A DNA stretch of 64,000 bases. Origin: Octopus sinensis (Eukaryota). The notes under the pieces were generated by a model. It did no database searches. It had not been told where the DNA came from and was given only the letters and a program-made list of their open reading frames with translations. Position numbers and translations under genes: made by a program. Shown piece after piece: positions 55,396 to 64,000 of the stretch. Each line of letters opens with the position of its first letter. The first letter of the stretch is position 1. Location of the stretch: positions 110,174,001 to 110,238,000 of the forward strand of contig NC_042997.1 of assembly GCF_006345805.1 (NCBI RefSeq). The letters are read 5' to 3'.

Positions 55396-55820
55396 GGCGG
55401 CGAGCTGGCAGAAACGTTAGGACGCCGGACGAAATGCTTACCGGTATTTCGTCTGTCGTTACGGTCTGAGTTCAAATTCCGCCGAGGTCGACTTTGCCTT
55501 TCATCCTTTCGGGGTCGATAAATTAATTACGAGTTACGCCCAGTGGTCGATGTAATCGACTTAATCCCTTTGTCTGTCATTGTTTGTCTCCTTTATGTTT
55601 AGCCCCTTGTGGGCAATAAAGAAATAAGAATCGTTAGCATCTCGGCCAAAATGCTGAGCGGTGTTCGTCTGTCTTTATGTTCTGAGTCTAAATGCCGCTG
55701 AGATCGACTTTGCCTTTCTTTTCCTTCCGGGGTCGATAAAATAAGAAACAGTTGAGCCCTGGGGTCGATGCAATCCACTTACTCCTTCTCTTGAAATTGC
55801 TGGCCTTGTGCTAAAGGTCG
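55396..55820 (+). mobile_element. Dimeric SINE family A
   Basis: Unit 1 with Tx1-like tail (tttagccccttgtgggcaataaagaaataag) joined to unit 2 at gaatcgttagca. Confidence 0.85.
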
Positions 55821-56006
55821 AAAACCACAATCTTTAAAAAGACAGGATTCATTGAATATATAATCTGAGACAGATAGGAGTAAAACAGGCAAGATGGTCA
55901 TAGATGGAACGCTTTTCACTAAATTTGCTCAATCATAGATTAACAAAATCGTTTTCATTTATAAGTGTTCAGTGTTGTTTATATCAAAATATTAGTTAAT
56001 TTAGAG

Positions 56007-56322
56007 CAGAGATCCTCAAACGTTTTGCCCGCCCCCCATGGCTACATAATACCCCCAGCGCCCCACCCCTATTTTTTATGAATAAATAAACATTTTATAT
56101 TTTACTAATTTATATGTAGTATGAATCATTTGATATTTAATATAATATTATATAATTTGTATACAATGCTATAATAAATATTATATTAAATTTACAGCGT
56201 TCCCCAATCCATCGCCTTCCTTTTTCTCTACTGCCCCTCCCCAGCCCCCTTAGGCAGCAGCTCCCACCTAGACTGCTTAAACGCCCACCGGGAGGTGGTA
56301 GAGCCTACTTTGAGAACCTGTG
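56007..56322. mobile_element. hAT-type MITE
   Basis: Ends cagagatcctcaaac / tttgagaacctgtg; 8-bp TSD-like atttagag / ttttagac. A diverged inverted partial copy lies at about 57500-57750. Confidence 0.65.
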
Positions 56323-58081
56323 TTTTAGACCGATTTTTCATGGTTATAATTGCAGAATTTTAATAAAGAAATTTTTATCTCATGTGACTGACTACGAAAC
56401 AAGGGAAAGAATTTATCTTTTACTTGTTTCACTCATTTGACTGAGGTCACGCTGGAGCAGTCAATGAATTAACCCCAGTGCTTATTCTTCGTTTAAGCCT
56501 GGTACTTATTCTATCCAGTTCTGAAGCGGTGGTGACGGACAAACGCACACGCACATACACACAGACGCACGCGCACACACACACACATGTTATATACGAC
56601 GGACTTCTTTCAGTTTCTGTCTACCAAATCCACCCGCAAGGCTTTGGTCAGCCCGAGGCCACAGTTGAAAACACTTGCCCAGGGTGCCACACTGTAGAAT
56701 TGAACTGGGAACCATGTGGTTGGAAAAGAAGCTTCTTACAACACAGCCATGCTTACGTGTATGATTTATACTTTTAGCACAAGGCCAGCAATTTTAGGCA
56801 AGGGAACAAGTCAACCCCAGTTCATGACTGGTACTGCATTGTATCGAACCGAAAAGGATGAAATGCCTCCAAGCAATTTGTCCGACGCACTAACAATTCT
56901 GCTTGATGGTTGTCTTTTAGAAAGTGCATAGAAGTTGCTTTGATTAAAGAAAACAAACAAAAAATAAATACACGTTAATAAAACAAACAAAAATAAATAC
57001 ACGTTAATAAACATCTTTATATTTATAGAAGGCATTATATGATTAAATAACCGTATAATAATTATAGTGACTACTTTATAATTATATAGATTTATCTGTG
57101 GTTAAACCGACACGAACATGAATTAGTAATCCGATATGAATAGAAAACATTACAGGATTACATGGTATTAGCTGTGATTAAATCAATAAACGATAATAAG
57201 TAACTCCATATTAATAGAAAGCACTATATAATTACATTGATTACGCAAAATTGATCAAAGCAAGACCCACACACACGCACACACACACATGTACAAGTGA
57301 TTCTGTATTAACAGAAAATACAATATGGTTTGTAAAGTTTCACATTTTGTAAACAAGATTAGCCTTTCATCATACATAAAATGCTTACTTAACTTGACCT
57401 GTGGTTTAATTAATCTCTCTAAAATATTAGTCACTTGGCAAAAAGCTTCAAAAACTCAATAAGCCACAACGGTTGATATAAACCATATTTTGTGGATTAA
57501 TTTTTCTTTATTAAAATTACGTAATTATAACCATCAAAAATCGGTCTAAAACAGTTTCTGAAAGTGGGCGCTTCCGCCCCCCGGTGGGCGTTGAGGCAGT
57601 CTAGGTGGGCGCTGGTGCCTAAGGTGGCGGTGGGGGTTGGGGCGGTAGAGAAAAAGGAAGGCAGTGGATTGGGGGACGCTATGAATTTATTATAACATTA
57701 TTATAGTATTGTATACAAATTATATAATATCATATTAAATATCAAATGATTGTTATTCACTGTTCGAGAGAAATCGATGCCGAGAAAATTCAAATTATAA
57801 AACGTTAAATCAACATGGCGTTAGTTTGATGTTCCAGTCCCAAATTAAAAACTTTCCTTTTGTTTTCTTCTTGATAAATTTGGTTCGATGGAGTGTTTGG
57901 GAAAGCATTTGGAAGCAGCCATTAAGAACACCTTTCAGCCATCTTCTTCAGTAATTTTCCCTCTGATCACAACTATGGTGTTCGTAAAACGAGATCGACC
58001 TTCCCACCTTGCACATCAATCGAAACGACTCTGTTATACTGCTTATACATAGAAAAAGAAAGAAAAGGCCAAATAAATTTC

Positions 58082-58221
<140 letters not shown>

Positions 58222-58443
58222 CTGGACAGACAGACGCAAGTCAAATGGGCTCCACGTAAGTTGGTATTTTTGTACGTTCAAAAGTGTATATTGACAAATA
58301 TTTTGTATTTAAAAGTTGTGCAACAACATCCACTGCAAACCTTTGACAAATATCTACACAAAATTTTGCCCCTTGCGGGCAAAATTAAAAGAGCAAAACT
58401 TCTCATAGCCTTCGTGGTTTCATTGAGCCATTTTATTTTTAAA

Positions 58444-60445
58444 ATGGCCACTGGTCACCACGAGGCTGAGGTGCAAGTCAAGCGTGACGCAGAGACAAAA
58501 AAACAGGATGCTCTGTTAGCATACGCTGAACCTGACAACAACACCACCACCACCACCATCAACATCGACAACAGCAACAAATACAAAACAAAGGTCGCAA
58601 GGCCAAGCACCGTCAACACCATCAGTGAGTCCACCACCACCAACACCGACAACACCATGGCAGCATCTGCTACTAAAACTGCTATCCCTGCTAAAGACAT
58701 CGCCACCAATAACAATACCAACATCACCATCATCGCTACCAAAGACCGTGCCGTCAATGCTACTAATACTTACTAACACCACCGCCGTCACCAAGAACGA
58801 CAATAACAACAACAACAACAACGACAACAACAATTCCCTTCAACCACTGCTCACTCCATCACCAACAAGTGAAAAAATAACAACGACAAGCAAACGAAAT
58901 GCCGAAATTTGCGCTAATGCAGGACTAAATAACGCAGACAATTTTCCACCCCTTGCTAGTTGCATAATCAGCAACCACAAACCTACAACCCACACCCCTG
59001 CCATCAACACCAACACCACCGGCAGTAACAACAATAACAAAAGAACAACAAACTTCGCCGAGGCGATAAAAGGAAAGGTAACAAAAGTTTCGTTTTACTA
59101 CACAACAGATAAAAGATTGCAGAAACCTTATTACAAATGAAAACGGAAAAATACTCTTACACATACCTCAACACATACTGAATGAGGAAAAAAAGAAGAC
59201 AATTGTCTATAAAATAACAAATAAAAAAACTAAAAGTCCAGAAAAGGCAAGCACAGAGTAAAATAGAAAAGTGCTTACGCCCCATCTGGGGATACAAGGA
59301 TTATGTGACTTGGGCGAACAAGTTCGCCCACGTACAGGTGGTTTTTCAGAATGAAGAGTTGGCGAAGAAATTCTCAACGATAACCCTTCATTCTGATGAA
59401 CTAACGATGACACTGAGTTACCTCGGCCAGAAGGTGACGAAGGTCATTATCAGTGGTGTACCCCAAGTGACTACAACGCTGTGGATAACATCCGCCTTAA
59501 CATCCGAAATGGAGGACTTAAACATCCTAGATATCGGTGTTTCGAAAAACAAGGACTGGCTGGGAGAGAGAATAGAGTTCCTCTTCCACATAAGTCAAGA
59601 CGACATCAATAAAATCCCCACCCACGTACATCTTGAGGATGGCCGCAAGTTATACGTAGTAGTCGAGGGCAGAAGGCCACGATGCTATACATGTGGCAGT
59701 GAGGCACACCTCAAAAAGGAGTGCAAATCTGCCGCAAAATTACAACAACAACAACAGCCACAGGAAAAATCACAAAAGCCAGGATTATTGCCCACACCAC
59801 AATATGGACAGCTAGTCAAAGCTGTATGCGGAAATGCAGGAAAAACAACAAAGAACAAGCCAACCCAACCAAACAACACCAACACCAGCGCCAAGAACAG
59901 AATCATCACCACCAACAACAAATAAACCAATTCCCACACCAAGAATAACAACGAAGAAGACAAGCACCAAGGATGTAGGAGAGACAATAACCACAACAAA
60001 CACCCCAGCAACACCCTCCCCGCGCACCACAACAATATCTACAACCGCACAAACACACCCAGACGCTTTACCCTTGCCCCCCGCTGATTCGTCAGACTTT
60101 TCATCTAAAGATGAAAGTTCAACAGAATGGCAAATAGCCACAAGGGGTAAAAGAAAAAGATCAAGACAAACCAAACAAGAAATCGCAACCAAAGCAGGGA
60201 GATACCTGAACCCTGAAAACTCCATACACAACAAAACAAGCACCAATACCACAAAAACAATGCTATCAGCGATAGACACCAAAGACTCCAAACTAATGGA
60301 GTACATCACAGGATACACAAACATTTGTGAAGATGACTTTAAAAATAGCAATCATCCACGCACTACACCACCCAAACACATCAAAATACTACACATCACA
60401 CAAACACAACACCACAAACTCAAAGCCCTCTTCCTAAAGCTGTAG
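58444..60445 (+). pseudogene. LINE ORF1 (gag-like nucleic-acid-binding protein), frameshifted
   Basis: ATG 58444; Thr/Asn-rich N-terminus; NFAEAIKGK; YVVVEGRRPRCYTCGSEAHLKKEC (CX2CX4HX4C); Thr/Pro/Lys-rich tail ending KALFLKL*. Confidence 0.85.
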
Positions 60446-60590
60446 GGGGTTTCCAGAATATCTGTCCCAAAAACTGTATAAAAACCTCCTCGAAGACACA
60501 TCAAAGAATGAGGAAGCCAAAACTTTCGACACAAGTAAGTAACTCTTTGTACTTTCATTTTGTGTTTTAAAGCACACACCCCAATAGATC

Positions 60591-63500
60591 ATGATCAAGA
60601 TTGGTTGTGTGAATGCGCGTGGCTTGGGTCTCCTTGGAAACAAGGATACCTCCTAAATGACATCAAGTCACATGATTTGGGAATCATAGCCATAAGTGAG
60701 ACCAGACTCCACGAGCCACGGGCCCTAAAGTCCATGTTTGGCGGACAGTTTAACATTTATTTCGCTCCCTGTCTGCCGAGGATGGGCGGTAGTGGCACCG
60801 CGGTACTTTTTCACAAGAGCCTGGATCTCGAAGTCAAGACGATATTCGTAGACCCGGAGGGTAGACTGATCGTTCTGGATGTTGACGGCAGCAATGGGTG
60901 CGCTTTTCGACTCGTATCATTCTACACACCGCCCTTAACAGGTCGGGCGGATTTCTTTCGACGTCTAGAAGTATTCTTGGGAACGTCTCGTCCTTTACTC
61001 TTAGTGGGGGATTGGAATGCTACCTTGGACACGCATCTAGACTACGTGGGTAGAGACAAAACAGAAGGGGATGCAAATGCCTCAGAGACCTGCTCAGACG
61101 ATTCCAACTGTCTGACAGGTACCGACTCGACCACCCAAATGCAACCGCGTGGACATGGAGCAACCGCAGTGGTCGTCGAGATCGTATCTAGATAGGATAC
61201 TGTGTAGGACAGTAGACAAGGATAACTTAGGATGTCCACAATTCCACACAGTCAGCTACACGGATCACAAATTGGTGACGTGTACGCTAGACTTAGATAA
61301 GGCACATAGACAGGGTCCTGGGTACTGGAAACTGAACGCATCATTCGCGTCCAGACAATTTTCAGAGACCGGATTAGCACACTAGTAAAGAGGGCTTTGA
61401 CGGGAGCCATCATCAACAACAAAGGTGGTTTGCCCTCAAGAGAGCAGTAAAAGCAGAAGCGATTAGGTACACAGCAAAGCACTAGCCATAGATAGAAATA
61501 GAGTAGAGGGTGAGCTAGTTAAGAAGCTAGAAGAGGCAATTAGAAGCGGCATCGCATCCGACGTTTTGGCGGCAAGGTTGGCCCTCGACCAACACTTCAA
61601 CGCCAAACACGAAGGATGTGCTGTCAGAGCTAGGATGCGTGCTCTAAGGAACGAAGGTGTTGGAGCCGCGTGAGAGCCCGGGTGGCAGAGGCGCAACAGG
61701 GCAACAAAGCCACCATTCGGTCCTGGTAGATGAACAGGGGTCGAAATGCTCGAGCGCAATTGCTCGAGCCAAGTAAATGTGGGAGGCCTTTCAGCAGCAT
61801 TTGCCCGACTGTTCGGGACGAGTGGAGGGCAAGAACGTAGGGTGGACTTCAGTGCCTACCTACATAGCCTGCCACGACTCTCGACAAGAAAGGCAGGGTG
61901 CTGCGAAGGTGCCATCACGGCGGCGGAAGTGCAGGAAGCGATAGCAGAATGCTCGAGGGACAAATCACCGGGTTTGGATGGTCTACCCTACGAGTTTTTA
62001 CAATGTATGCCAGACTTGTTTGGAGACGTCTTGGCAGCGGTATACTGCAACTGGCAGCAAAACGGGAGCATACCCGGTTTTGTAAGTCGAGGCTGTAACT
62101 CTGCTGAAGAAAGATCCAAACAAGGGAAACATTATAGATAACTTTAGACCAATCACGCTGCTCAATGCAGACCTGAAAATTTTGACAAAGGTGTTAGCCA
62201 GAGGTTGGGCGCTTGTCATCGAGAAACTGGTCGACAACGCACAAGCGTGCGCCGTGCCGGGCCGGAGCATCCATGACAACCTCCATCTGATGCGCTACAT
62301 CATAGACAGGGTAGTTAACGAACCTGGCATGGGTGGGGCCCTGATCAACTTGGATCAATCGAAAGTCTTTGATAGGGTAGACCATCGATACTTGGAGGCA
62401 GTCCTGAGAGCGGCTGGTTTCGGTCCCGTCTTCCGCGGCTGGATAGCTGCCTTGTACAGAGGCATCCGTTCGGTAATTCGCGTAAATGGACATCTATCGA
62501 GACCTTTCGACATTGCACGTTCGGTCCGTCAGGGATGCCCCCTCTCGGCGCTTCTATACGTATTGACTCTTGAGCCACTACTGCGGAAGCTGGCGACTCT
62601 AAGGGGCATCCCGCGAGAATTGGGATGCGGGACGAGCGTGTCTGCATACGCGGACGACGTCACCGTCATAGTGTCAAGCCACGAGCACATCGAGCGGGTC
62701 GGCGAGACACTGAAAGACTACGAAGCGGTGACAGGAGCAAAAATCAACCGGAAAAGTCAGTGGGCTTGCGGCTCGGCACCTGGAGAAGCAAGCCATGCCG
62801 TCCACCAGTACCCCGTCGTTGAGTTGCTCGGGGTCTGGTTCGTTCCGGACCTCCAAATGGAGAAGAACTGGAACGAGATAACGAGTAGGGTGGTCACTCT
62901 CGCCCAGCAATGGGCCGAGAGGAAACTGTCCCTAAAAGGTCGAGCGGAGGTGAACGCGTACATCGCGTCCATCATCTACTACCGCCTGACCGTCGTACCT
63001 TGTCCCGACCCTACCATCACCAAACTAGAACGCATTCTCTTCCGCTTCTTGTGGAAAGGATGCGTCCCGATGGTCAGGCGATCCATTTGCTGTCAACACC
63101 CGTTAAAAGGAGGGCTGGGCATGCCGTGGTTGATGATGCGCAGACACGCGCTGAGACTGCGACATCTCCGGCTCTATGTAGACGACGGTGAACAGGTGGT
63201 GTCGCCGTTTGTGAGGCACGCATTCCCGCAACTCGTCTCCATGACCGAACTACAGTCGTGGATCAAAAGAGGCCGAGGAAGGGCGAATGGCACCGCGAGT
63301 GTCGCGTTGCTCTCAAGCAACTCTGCCGTCCCGGGTCGACCTTGAGTGACTTCAACACAACAAAAGCATTCTATAGGGGATTAGTGGAGGGGAGGTACGA
63401 CGACGAGCTCGGGGCAAACCTGGGCGTCGACGATGAATACCTGACCCGCCTGTTTCAAACGACTTTCGGCCCGGGACCTATGGACAACTTCCAGAGATCC

Positions 63501-63998
63501 CTGGCCTGGCGGTGCTACCGAGAAGCGCTACCCGTTCGGGATAAGCTCTATAGGCATGGCTCGAGAAACACGGGGCCGACCTGCCCGAGATACGGGCAGA
63601 GCGACGAAACCGCTCTGCACGCAATCGTGCAGTGTCCAGCAATTTCCGACCTGTGGGCTTATGTCGAACGACTGCTGTCACGTGTGGGACGAGTCGGTTT
63701 ATCAGCCGAGTCTATCGTTAATATCGTCACGCCTCCTTCCTTCAAACGGAAGGAAGAGCTATTTTTATCATACTTGTGGCTATGGCGAAAGAATGTATCT
63801 GGTGGACGCGCCTGAAAGGATTAGAGACAAACACTTTCCTCTCTGGTCAATCTCTCATCAACTTCTTCAAGTATCACTTGAAGAAAAAAGTGAGAGTAGA
63901 GAGGCAAGTTTTGTCTAGTGAATGTTTTAAAAAAGATGGGTGAATGTAGCAAGGTGGCACGTATGAATGACGAAGCCACCTTGACTATGATTCTATGA
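60591..63998 (+). pseudogene. LINE ORF2 (APE endonuclease, reverse transcriptase, C-terminal zinc finger), frameshifted
   Basis: MIKIGCVNARGL; ISET; GDWNA; YLDR; TDH; GPGYWKLNAS; SPGLDGLPYEF; LDQSKVFDRVDH; RQGCPLS; YADD; CPRYG..ETALHAIVQC; TGA at 63996-98. Confidence 0.93.
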
Positions 63999-64000
63999 AC

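Larger units (their letters stand above)
58240..64000 (+). mobile_element. Near full-length L1/Tx1-clade LINE (3' UTR lies beyond the window)
   Basis: ORF1 with CCHC knuckle followed by APE-RT-zinc finger ORF2. The 5' boundary is approximate and follows a (TATC)n tract. Confidence 0.95.

Noticed and set aside
56950-57012. 31-bp tandem duplication (aaaacaaacaaaaaataaatacacgttaata x2)
   Set aside because: Ordinary slippage duplication.
62194-62975. Antisense ORFs over the LINE RT (also 44013-45576 over HERO)
   Set aside because: Shadow frames of GC-richer coding sequence with no independent motifs.

Overview
Eukaryotic, AT-rich, non-genic DNA saturated with microsatellites and transposable elements. 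The SINE families and repeat landscape look like an octopus (cephalopod) genome, which is my inference from remembered repeat consensuses. I can support no host protein-coding gene, and most ORFs in the track are microsatellite artefacts. Supported content: (1) a near full-length L1/Tx1-clade LINE at about 58.2-64 kb, a 5'-truncated sister copy at 6.2-7.45 kb, and fragments of other Tx1-like subfamilies; (2) a 5'-truncated HERO-like LINE and two decayed R4/Dong-like RT fragments; (3) two Tc1-type transposons, a mariner fragment, a hAT MITE, and a decayed 7.8-kb long-TIR element with Academ-like motifs; (4) at least four tRNA-head SINE families. The most interesting signal is non-coding. Several unrelated hammerhead-ribozyme (HHR) motifs occur here: a tandem pair 591 nt apart in a structured repeat with retrozyme/Penelope pseudo-LTR architecture (20.7-21.8 kb), a solitary near-canonical HHR (43232-43279, minus strand), and a tandem trio of decayed minimal dimer-type HHRs (40.9-41.6 kb). 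All structures were paired by eye; none was folded computationally or tested.
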